Source of the DNA: an uncultured bacterium
Lineage (GTDB): Bacteria; Babelota; Babeliae; Babelales; Babelaceae
NCBI GenBank assembly: GCA_963819815.1
Contig: CAWFXL010000001.1
Span: forward strand, 736,001 to 800,000
Length of the DNA: 64,000 bases
Reading direction: 5' to 3'
The stretch's first letter is position 1; each line of letters opens with the position of its first letter. The notes beneath the pieces were generated by a model that made no database searches, was not told where the DNA came from, and saw nothing but the letters and a program-made list of their open reading frames with translations. The position numbers and the translations under genes are program-made. Positions 51,010 to 60,400 of the stretch are shown piece by piece.

Positions 51010-52235
51010 ATTCCTGAGGTGAAATACCTCAAGAAGTTCATCCACTGATGCTCGTGTGCAAATGATCCTGTATACGAACTATCAATGTGCGAAAGCGGAA
51101 AATACCATGAGCATCCTTGCAGAGTCTTACACAAAGGCCCTGCAACTGAAGCATCTACCATAAGGCTTAGGACTTCCCGAGCATGCAAAAGTTCACTAAT
51201 AAGTAATTCGGTATCGGGAGTAAGCTGATGCTCCATAAGTTCAGCATATAATGCTTCAATAGATTCTCTCACATCAACATAAAACTGCAATGCTGTCACC
51301 GGATGAAGTGATAGGCGAGCATGACATAAGATCTCCATAAGATGATCTATCTGTAAGATGGTATTGACGAGCTTATCAACAACCTCTGCGAAATAAGTCG
51401 TTAAGGTAAGATCAAGCAATGAAAGACTGAACCGCTCATGACCTCTCAGTATTTGAATCCGTTCGTAGCTATAGACAAGACGCTTGCCAGCCCTTAAAGC
51501 AGAATCCTCTCCCAAGGATTCTATGACTTTTTTGTAGTCCCACCCATCTTTCTCTTCGCAATCTTGTGATGCAACCAGATAGTGCACTGTGTCTTGTATC
51601 TGATAGGCAACTTCAAGCATCGCCATATAGCATGAATCAAATCCCAGGATATCAAGTTTTCTTTGAAGCACAGAGGTCGCATAAGTCGTCAATTCATGAA
51701 GATCATGAATTGACAGAAATGAGCCTCCTCCTGCAACGAGCATCGATTTGCTGTTCATAATATGCTCTATTTGCCGGTAGAACTCCTTAATACGCACATC
51801 GCAGTAGCGCTTACAGGGAGATCGGCCTTCGTCAGGCTCGTAGAGCCATTTCTGTTGAGCACTATCAAAGGTCGGAGCAAGAATTCCCGTGCCATGGCCT
51901 GAGATAATGAGTAAGGTGCTCCCTTCAGTTGCTGAACTAAATGCTTCCCTAACACCCTCTTTTAAAAACTCCAGGCGCTTGGAAGGCACTTCAACTATAG
52001 TATGGCTCGAAGTCCCTCGTTCAATGATAATTCGCTCTGCTGAACTACCGACTTGTATATCAACATGCACAGCAATGCGACCATCAAGGTCATCCTTAAG
52101 CGCATCCTGCAGCTGACGTACAGATGTACATGCCTCTACATAGGAATCAGAGGCCTCCATATACAGGTATACCGTCCATTGACGAGCTTCGGCAGAGCCT
52201 CCCGCTAGCACTAAGAACAAAAGTAAGCCTTTCAT
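51003..52235 (-). CDS. Clostripain-family (peptidase C11) cysteine protease, secreted
   Basis: WTVYLYM, SGHGTG (His), ILGFDSCYMAMLEVAYQ (Cys), VASQ, GWDY. ATG 52235 gives a signal peptide. Confidence 0.85.
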   Translation of the reverse strand: MKGLLLFLVLAGGSAEARQWTVYLYMEASDSYVEACTSVRQLQDALKDDLDGRIAVHVDIQVGSSAERIIIERGTSSHTIVEVPSKRLEFLKEGVREAFSSATEGSTLLIISGHGTGILAPTFDSAQQKWLYEPDEGRSPCKRYCDVRIKEFYRQIEHIMNSKSMLVAGGGSFLSIHDLHELTTYATSVLQRKLDILGFDSCYMAMLEVAYQIQDTVHYLVASQDCEEKDGWDYKKVIESLGEDSALRAGKRLVYSYERIQILRGHERFSLSLLDLTLTTYFAEVVDKLVNTILQIDHLMEILCHARLSLHPVTALQFYVDVRESIEALYAELMEHQLTPDTELLISELLHAREVLSLMVDASVAGPLCKTLQGCSWYFPLSHIDSSYTGSFAHEHQWMNFLRYFTSGIH

Positions 52236-52335
52236 TGCTAAGTGGAGCCTCACTAAGCCAAGCCTTAATGAAGCAATTCTTTTTTTAAGGAATATGCTAT
52301 GATTTTGTATAACACAAGCAACATAACAGGCGTCC

Positions 52336-53247
52336 ATGATTCTCATTCTTCTACTCTATACTCTGCTTGGCTTCAGCTTTACGCTGGGCAAAATTACTCT
52401 GTTCTATGCAAGTCCTTTTTATGTGGTAGGCAGCCGCATGATGATAGGCGGCATTGGCCTTGCACTCTACTATTACTTTTTTCAGTCTACAACATACCGT
52501 CTCCAAATGAAAGATTGGCCAGCATTTATGCAAGTAACTCTTTTTGGTATCGTAGTACCCTATTGTCTTCGTGCCTGGGGCTTAAACTACCTATCATCGA
52601 CAAAAGCTGCGTTTATATTCACACTCATGCCCTTCTTTACGGCCCTATTTTCCTATATGTTTCATAAAGAACGTCTTTCATATCAGAAAAGTATAGGACT
52701 CATGCTCGGCTTTTTGGGCATGATGCCAACCCTCTTTACAGGAAGTTCCTTTGAGACGCTTGCAGGCTCATTTGGGCTCTTCTCATGGCCCGAGATTGCT
52801 ATGCTCGGTGCAGTTGCCTCATTTGGCTATAACCTCATCGCGCTCAAACATCTAGTAAAAACACGACAATGCCCCGCTTCACTCGCCAATGGCCTTACGA
52901 TGCTTTTTGGGGGATTCATAGCATTGAATCTTTCTTTCATCGTTGAGCCGGTCTGGATCTTCAAAGATCCACTTACCTTCGCAGGTTTTTTAGCACTGCA
53001 AATCGTCATTAGTAATCTGATCTGCTCAAACCTACAGGCGGCACTCCTTAAAACCTATAGCTCAACCTTCATGGCATTTGCAGGATTTTTGACACCACTC
53101 TGCGCATCAGCCTTTGGCTGGTTTTTCCTCAATGAAGAAATAAAGGTACAATACCTTGTCTCGCTTCTCATGGTGATGATCGGATTAGCTATGTTCTATT
53201 TTGATGAGATAACGAGCCACAAAAAGAAAGGCCTCAGCTTCGAGTGA
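52336..53247 (+). CDS. DMT/EamA-family transporter
   Basis: About 10 TM segments, STKAAFIFTLMPFFTALFS, FGWFFLNE. Confidence 0.88.
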   Translation: MILILLLYTLLGFSFTLGKITLFYASPFYVVGSRMMIGGIGLALYYYFFQSTTYRLQMKDWPAFMQVTLFGIVVPYCLRAWGLNYLSSTKAAFIFTLMPFFTALFSYMFHKERLSYQKSIGLMLGFLGMMPTLFTGSSFETLAGSFGLFSWPEIAMLGAVASFGYNLIALKHLVKTRQCPASLANGLTMLFGGFIALNLSFIVEPVWIFKDPLTFAGFLALQIVISNLICSNLQAALLKTYSSTFMAFAGFLTPLCASAFGWFFLNEEIKVQYLVSLLMVMIGLAMFYFDEITSHKKKGLSFE

Positions 53248-53277
53248 ATTCACCGCGTCCTAAAAGACTCGGCTTTC

Positions 53278-55122
53278 TTAGCTTCGCGTAATCTCTTCCC
53301 ATTCTTGGGTCAAGGTAGCAAGCTTCCGCTGTGATTGCTTAAGAGTCATGACTGCCGTATCATATTCCTTCGAACCAAAGGTCAACCCAGTAAATGCATT
53401 CTCCAAGGAAGCTATCTGCTTTTCTTGGCGGAGAATCGATTGCTCAAGGTTCATCAGCCTCTTTGTTTGGCTATGATCTTTTGCTATCTTCTCAGACGAA
53501 GGTTTTTTTGAAGCATGCTCAATGGGAGGATTTTCCTGTAACCGCTTCTCCTCAAGATAGGATTCATACGTGCCAAGATGATCGATGATGCCATCGGGAG
53601 TAAGCACCCAGATACGTGTCGCTAAATTTTGCAAAAATGAATGGTCATGAGATACAAAAAGCATCGTCCCATTATATTGCTGCAATGCCTGCAAGAGTAC
53701 CTCTTTGGCAAAGAGATCAAGATGGTTCGTCGGTTCATCAAGGAGTAAGAAGTTCGCTTTTTTAAGCAGCACTTTCACCATGGCAACACGATTACGCTCA
53801 CCACCACTTAACACACTTATCTTTTTCTTCACCGAATCGTTACTGAATAAGAATGACCCTAAGAAAGAACGAACGATCGAATCTGGTATCTCAACTGAAT
53901 CCAATACTTCCTCAAAGACAGTCTTTTCAGGATCGAGGGCCTTTAACTGATCTTGCTCAAATATCGCCGTCGTAACATTATGTCCAAAGGTAACGTCACC
54001 GCCCTGCAGAGGATAGGATCCGGTAAGAATATTAAAGAGCGTTGTTTTACCCGTTCCATTAGGAGCGATGAGGGCAACCTTCTCTCCACGCTTAATCGTA
54101 CCAAAGGCATTTTTAAATAGGAGTCTCTCATCAAAGGAGTACTGAACTTTTTGAATCGTCAGAGCTACATCCCCAGAACGCACCGCGGGGGGGAACCGTA
54201 ATGAGATGGTCGGCTCAAGAGGCTCGAGTTCGATCACTTCTATTTTATTAAGCTGCTTTTCCATCGATTGAGCCATACGGGCCTTTGATGCCTTGGCCCG
54301 GAATCTTTCGATGGTCGCTTTTTTTTGTGCTATCTCTTTTTGCTGTCTGGCATGAGACTTTTCAAGATTCTCTCTTCGTTCTTTCTCGGCAGCTACGTAC
54401 TGAGTATAGTTTCCCACAAAGTAGGTGGCCGTTCCTTTTTCTAAGGCAAGAATTCCATCACACGCCTTATCAAGATAATGGCGATCATGAGAAACGAGTA
54501 AATAGCCAAAGGAACCCTGTTTTAAAAAGTCGAAGAACCATTCCTTTGCCGGCAAATCAAGATGGTTAGTCGGTTCGTCAAAGAGATAAAAATCGGCATC
54601 TTCTAATAGAAGCTTTGCAAGGACAAGTCGCATCTTCCATCCGACACTGAGCTCAGCAACAGGTTGCTCAAATCCCTTTGGAGTAAATCCAAGCCCTTTG
54701 AGAATCTTTTCTGCAGATTCCTTAGCACGAGCTACATCTAGTGTAGAATACTGCTCGAGCAATTCAGCATACCGGCTCACCAAGGCTTCATCGGCAGAAG
54801 TCTCCATCTGTTTTTCCAGAGCTACTTTTTCGTATATAAGTGCTTGATATGCTTTTGAAGCAGTTAATATCTCCTCAAAGACCGATTTATCGGACATCAT
54901 TACCACTTCTTGAGGCATATACCCTACTTTGGCATACTTATCGATGGTCACCGACCCCTCATCAAGCTTAATCAGGCCCGAAATGACCTTTAAAAGAGTC
55001 GATTTTCCTGAACCATTCCGCCCCAAGAGTCCAATTCGTTGGCCGTCACCACAAGTAAAAGTCAGTTCATCGAAAATTGTCTGCCCAGCATAGGAAAGAT
55101 GGGCGTTAGTAATGTAAATCAT
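53278..55122 (-). CDS. ABC-F family ATPase (ribosome-associated)
   Basis: Two ABC domains (GRNGSGKST, APNGTGKTT), DEPTNHLD twice, no TM segments. Confidence 0.93.
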   Translation of the reverse strand: MIYITNAHLSYAGQTIFDELTFTCGDGQRIGLLGRNGSGKSTLLKVISGLIKLDEGSVTIDKYAKVGYMPQEVVMMSDKSVFEEILTASKAYQALIYEKVALEKQMETSADEALVSRYAELLEQYSTLDVARAKESAEKILKGLGFTPKGFEQPVAELSVGWKMRLVLAKLLLEDADFYLFDEPTNHLDLPAKEWFFDFLKQGSFGYLLVSHDRHYLDKACDGILALEKGTATYFVGNYTQYVAAEKERRENLEKSHARQQKEIAQKKATIERFRAKASKARMAQSMEKQLNKIEVIELEPLEPTISLRFPPAVRSGDVALTIQKVQYSFDERLLFKNAFGTIKRGEKVALIAPNGTGKTTLFNILTGSYPLQGGDVTFGHNVTTAIFEQDQLKALDPEKTVFEEVLDSVEIPDSIVRSFLGSFLFSNDSVKKKISVLSGGERNRVAMVKVLLKKANFLLLDEPTNHLDLFAKEVLLQALQQYNGTMLFVSHDHSFLQNLATRIWVLTPDGIIDHLGTYESYLEEKRLQENPPIEHASKKPSSEKIAKDHSQTKRLMNLEQSILRQEKQIASLENAFTGLTFGSKEYDTAVMTLKQSQRKLATLTQEWEEITRS

Positions 55123-55408
55123 AAGGAATGCTCATCTAATAGCTTTTTATATACGTACCTACTTCAAACGTTTGATTTATTCTCATGCCTAGTATATCAC
55201 ACTACTCGCTTTGCGGCAATCATGGCTATCTCAAGAGTTATTCTCGCTTTTCAATGTCTCTGATTCTGTAACGTCTTACTCGAGCTGGCTCACGAAGCAT
55301 AGAGATCATAAACACCAGCAAATCTTCATTAGAGGTATACCCAAAATACTCGACAAACTATCACCACAGGAGACACTCTTTAGCTGTACATTATTTCAGC
55401 TCCTGTAA

Positions 55409-55432
55409 AGGCTCCAACTAAGCATATTTGCC
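55409..55432 (+). repeat. 24-bp direct repeat, left copy
   Basis: AGGCTCCAACTAAGCATATTTGCC, 23/24 identical to 57342-57365. Confidence 0.85.
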
Positions 55433-55549
55433 CAGTTCAGATTTTCATACAAGCGCCACAAAGACCTAATGACGGATAAAACTCGGAATCTATATCATCA
55501 ACATCACCTTACCAATGAAGCGTTTTAAACAATGACATTAAGAGTAGTT

Positions 55550-55635
55550 AAAAATCACGGGGGTGTTTTTGCAAAAAACTAGAAAAACACCCCCGTGATT
55601 TTTGAAAAACATGAGAAATCACGGGGGTGTTTTTT
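55550..55635. repeat. Three 22-bp boxes (forward, inverted, forward) upstream of AAA ATPase gene 2
   Basis: AAAAATCACGGGGGTGTTTTTG (55550), inverted GAAAAACACCCCCGTGATTTTT (55582), AGAAATCACGGGGGTGTTTTTT (55614); period 32 bp. Confidence 0.92.
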
Positions 55636-55662
55636 GACTCTGCTCAAAAAAGAAGCTACACT
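55634..55662 (+). promoter_or_regulatory. Sigma70 promoter of AAA ATPase gene 2
   Basis: TTGACT, 17 bp, TACACT; AAGGA RBS before ATG 55685. Confidence 0.72.
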
Positions 55663-55684
55663 AAGACTCGTAAAGGAATGTTAT

Positions 55685-57049
55685 ATGGAAAGAACTGCAC
55701 TTACATTTTTACGTCGTTGGCTTCATGAGAAAGGGCGGCTACCCTTGATTATTAGAGGGGCCCGGCAAGTAGGAAAAACTTGGGTGGTAAGGCGCCTGGC
55801 TGAGCTTGAGAACCGTGATCTCATCGAACTCAACCTCGAGTTTGAACCAGAATTGGAATCACTTTTTGTAAATAATGATCCTAAAGCCGTTTTGCTAAGC
55901 ATTGAAGATATACTCAATAGAAAAGTTGATCCCTCCAAAGCTCTCCTTTTTATAGATGAAATTCAAGCAAAGCCGCATGTTATTGCGAAGTTACGCTGGT
56001 TTGCCGAGATGATGCCAGAATTGCCTGTTATATCTGCGGGATCTCTTTTGGAATTTGCTCTAGGTACCTACGTTATGAGCATGCCAGTGGGCCGAATCGA
56101 ATACCTATATTTAGAGCCGCTATCATTTGAAGAGTTCTTAATGGCCAATCAGAAAGATGGTTTCGTAAGATTAATCAAGAATTTTCAATGGGGAGATGAG
56201 CTCCCTTTCATTGCACATCAACAGCTTACAAGCCTCTTTCATGAATATATCATAGTTGGGGGGATGCCTGCCGCAATAGAAAAATGGATAGAAACACGAT
56301 CTCTTGAAGAAGTTGGACGTGTTCATCGAAGGATAGTCTCCACGTATAGAGAAGATTTTACCAAATATGGAACAAAAGTTTCTCCTGAGCTTATGAATAA
56401 AATGATACATTTTATTCCTCGGTCTCTTGGGGAAAAATTTGTGTATAGCCACGTTGATAAAGCAGCACCTCTCTATGCTGTGCAACGGGCTCTTACTGCA
56501 TTGCAAAAAGCTCGCATATGCCATATAGTGCACAGCACTGCTGCTAATGGAGTTCCTCTTGCAGCAGAGATTAATGAAAAATTTTTGAAAGCTATCTTTG
56601 TCGATGTAGGACTTTGTTCTGCATCACTCGAACTTTCACTGACGCAAATCGAGTCTACCGAGGATCTTACCCTCGTTAATAAAGGTGCCATAGCAGAGCA
56701 GGTTACTGGACAGCTCCTAAGAACAGTATTTCCGCTAACTCAAGATCCTCAGCTATATTATTGGGTGAGGCTGCATCAAGAAAAAGGTGCTTCAGCCGAA
56801 ATTGATTACGTCATTGCTCAAGGAACTTTGCCGGTTCCTATCGAGGTTAAGTCTGGCGCTACGGGGTCGCTCAAATCGCTACATGTTTTCATGGAACTCA
56901 AGAAGCTTTCAAAAGCAGTGCGCGTCTGTTCTAGAATTCCGAACATCTCACAGATAGAGTTTAAAAGCACAGCAAGTACGACAGTTCGTTATGAACTCAG
57001 GTCTATCCCATTTTATCTGCTCGGTGAAATTCATCGTTTGCTCACCTAG
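55685..57049 (+). CDS. AAA+ ATPase (AAA_14) with DUF4143 / PD-(D/E)xK-like C-terminus, paralog of 8492-9859
   Basis: GARQVGKT, LFIDEIQ, VGGMP, DVGL, AEIDY...PIEVKSG; start set by alignment to the paralog. Confidence 0.9.
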   Translation: MERTALTFLRRWLHEKGRLPLIIRGARQVGKTWVVRRLAELENRDLIELNLEFEPELESLFVNNDPKAVLLSIEDILNRKVDPSKALLFIDEIQAKPHVIAKLRWFAEMMPELPVISAGSLLEFALGTYVMSMPVGRIEYLYLEPLSFEEFLMANQKDGFVRLIKNFQWGDELPFIAHQQLTSLFHEYIIVGGMPAAIEKWIETRSLEEVGRVHRRIVSTYREDFTKYGTKVSPELMNKMIHFIPRSLGEKFVYSHVDKAAPLYAVQRALTALQKARICHIVHSTAANGVPLAAEINEKFLKAIFVDVGLCSASLELSLTQIESTEDLTLVNKGAIAEQVTGQLLRTVFPLTQDPQLYYWVRLHQEKGASAEIDYVIAQGTLPVPIEVKSGATGSLKSLHVFMELKKLSKAVRVCSRIPNISQIEFKSTASTTVRYELRSIPFYLLGEIHRLLT

Positions 57050-57341
57050 TAAAGAAAGCTTCAGCAGTATGATTCAAATAAGTTGTTTCAGCACTCGGAA
57101 GAATCCTCGAATCCTCCAGCATGGGCTATTCCCCTGAAAAATAGAAAACTCCCCCATTATAACATTTTCCTTGATCATTCTCCTCCTACAGACCTAGGAA
57201 AAGCCTTATTCCAGCAGGCTATAAAAACGTAGAATTTATAAACACATCTGGGGTATACCTACAAAATACTCCCTAAAAAAATTCGGCAACCCATTACCTA
57301 AGGTGATACCTCTGAGATGAATGTCATTCCAGCACCAGTAT

Positions 57342-57365
57342 AGGCTCCAACTAAGCACATTTGCC
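57342..57365 (+). repeat. 24-bp direct repeat, right copy
   Basis: AGGCTCCAACTAAGCACATTTGCC. Confidence 0.85.
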
Positions 57366-57425
57366 ATGTCTTGATAAATATGACATCCTCTGTACGTTTT
57401 CATAAATTAATAAGGACGATACTTC

Positions 57426-60400
57426 ATGATAAGACCTTCTTATGTTGTCATACTAGTAGGATTGCTTGCCATCCCTCATCTTACTTTGCCTTCGTGCGCA
57501 GCAGTTCTTAAAAAAGAGGCTGCTCTTGTCGCTCCCCAAAAGCGCGAGTACGCCCTGCTTACACCTGAGCAACTTCAGAACATGATACATATCCATCACG
57601 AACTTCTCACAGTAGAAGACTCTTTGACTAAAAATTCTGAAACCTGGTATACGATTGCTAATGAATACCGACACCGCTTTGACCATCAAGAAGCGATCTC
57701 TTTTTCTACCCAAATCTTTGAGCTACTTACAGAGCGAAGCTCTTCTCTCGCTATCAAAACGCATAGTGCTCGATGCCTTGCAAAAATTATGCAAAGAAAC
57801 GGCCAGTTACCAGAAGCTCACGACTGGGCTATGAAGGCTGAAGCGTGGGGTCGTACTACTTCAGCGTATGGCGAAACACTCTATTTCTTGGGCTACCACT
57901 ATTACTACACACTAAAAAATCCTAATCAAGGAATAGCATGGTATCTCAAAGCACGACAATGGTCCTCCAATGGTAAGGATATGAAAATCTTTATTCAATC
58001 TCTTATCAGCCTTGGTAACGCATACTATAAAGATGAAGCGCATCAGACAGATGCACAGTGGTTTGTAGAAGCTCTCGAAGCGTTAACCATCTATAGGGAT
58101 ACAGAGCTCATAGCAAAAGCATATATCGGCCTTGGTAACGCCAGATACACCGATAAAAAGCATAAAAACCACGCTCAGTGGTACCTTAATGCCCTTGACG
58201 AACTTGGCCAAGACGGTGACATAACACTACGAGCAGCAGCTCTTATCGGTCTTGGCAATGCTCGCTATACTGATAAAAAAAAAGGACGAGAATATTGGTT
58301 TAAGCAAGCCCTTCAAGTACTCGGTCCCCGCGGCGACAAAAATCTAAGGGCTCAGGCACTCATGGGACTTGGTAACATCAAACATACTGATGAAACACAT
58401 AGAAGCCACACATGGTATCTCGAGGCACGTGAGCTACTTGGCGAAAATGGTGACAAAGACTTACGAGCACGAGCCTGCATTGGCCTTGGTAACGCCAAAT
58501 ATACTGATAATACTGATAGTAAGCTTAGCACCGATGCCCAATGGTATCTGAACGCGCTCAATTTGCTAGGCAAAGATGGCACTAGTAACCTACAGGTCCA
58601 AGCTTTCATCGGCCTTGGCAATGTCAGACATACTGATGATACTCATCCCAAAAGTCATGCCTGGTATCTCGAGGCCCTTGCACTACTAGGTAAAAATGGT
58701 GATAAAGAACTACGAGCACGAGCCTGCATCGGCCTTGGTAATGCCAAAGAACCCCATGCTACTGGCCAAAGCTACGTTCAGTGGTATGTAGATGCGCTCG
58801 GCTTATTGGACAAAGAGGAGGACAGAGATCTCAAAGCGCAAACTCTTATGAGACTTGGCCATGCCAGACATACTGACGCTCAACACCCTAAACAAGCCGA
58901 TTGGTACGTAGATGCTCGTAATACACTTAGTAAAGAAGGCACCAGAGATTTACGAGCTGAGGTTTGTATTTGCCTAGGCAATACGCGATATGTTGATGAT
59001 GAGATTTGGTCAAGTGAGCAGTGGTTTCTAGAAGCTCTCACAATTCTTGGCGACGACGGGGATAGAAGTCTTTATGCGCAAGCTCTCATTGGACTTGGAA
59101 ACGCTCAATACACCAACAAAAAACGTGACCAATCCTCATGGTTTAGAGAAGCACTCCAGATACTTGGTAAGAATGGGGTCACTACCCTTCGGGCCCAGGC
59201 TCTGATTGGCCTGGGGAATACTAGATATGTTGATAAGGAACATCCAACACAAGCCATATGGTACCAAGAAGCACTTATGGTACTTGAAGCAGAATCGCAC
59301 GGTGCCCTATATGCTCAAGCTCTTATCGGTCTTGGTAACTATTATTGTGGACAAAGAGTTAACGCCAAAGGAATAACCTATTTTCAGCAAGCTTTAACGT
59401 GTGCCCCTGCAGAAATGCATCCTTCCATTCAGCAAAAGATAGACCATTCGCAGGAAATAATAAGTACAGGCTCAGTTTGCACAAGCATTGATGCAGACCT
59501 AGAGACCCTTCTCATTCTCAAGGAAGATAGGGATGTGACCGTCCGAGCACAAGCTCTTATTAGACTTGCTAATTGGGGATATACTGACAGGGCTCATCCT
59601 AAAGAAGTTGATTGGTACCTCGATGCACTAGAGGTGCTCGGCACAAGCGGCAGTAACGATCTTCGAGCACGAGCGCTTATTGGGCTTGGCAATAAAAAAT
59701 ATAGCACTAAGACACGTGATAAGAATTACTGGTTTGTGCAAGCGCTAAATCTCCTCGAAAATGATGGTGATCCAGTACTCCAGGCAAAGGCTCTTATTGG
59801 CCTTGGCAATGGCAAATATTTCCATAGTGGAGGACGAGCTCACTGGTATCTGAAAGCACTCTCCCTACTCGGTGAAAATGCCCCCTCTGAAATCTCTGCT
59901 CAAGCACTTATTGGACTTGGCAATGCCCGATATACCGACAATACACATACGAGCAATACTCAATGGTATGTTGAAGCACTCTCCATACTTGGCAAGGATC
60001 GCGAAAAGAACTTACAAGCCAGAGCTCTTATCGGTCTTGGTAACGCTCGGCATGTTGATGAAACACATGCGAATCATGCCCTGTGGTTCCTCGATGCATT
60101 GAGAGTTCTTGGCGAAGATGGCGATAGAGATGTTCAAGCAAAAGCTTTCATTGGCCTTGGCAATGCTCAATATGTCGAGAAGGACAAAGAGCGAAGTACA
60201 TGGTATCTAAAGGCACTCGATGTGTTGGGTAATGACGGCAATCAAGATCTTCAGGCTCAAGCTCTTATCGGTCTTGGCAACTCTCGGTATGTGGACGAAA
60301 CCCATCCAGATCATGCTCAGTGGTACCATGATGCCCTCACGAAGCTCGGTGATGCAGGTGATAAAACTGTACGTGCTAACGCGCTGGTCGGACTTGGAAA

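Noticed and set aside
55211..55408. 65-aa ORF ending right at the left 24-bp repeat
   Set aside because: TTG start, no clear RBS or recognisable homology; it might be a remnant but I cannot support it.
55550..55635. Possible mini-CRISPR array
   Set aside because: Only three copies, the middle one inverted, gaps of about 10 bp and no cas genes; better explained as operator-like boxes.
55595..55684. N-terminal extension of AAA ATPase 2
   Set aside because: It runs through the repeat array and promoter; paralog alignment and RBS support ATG 55685.
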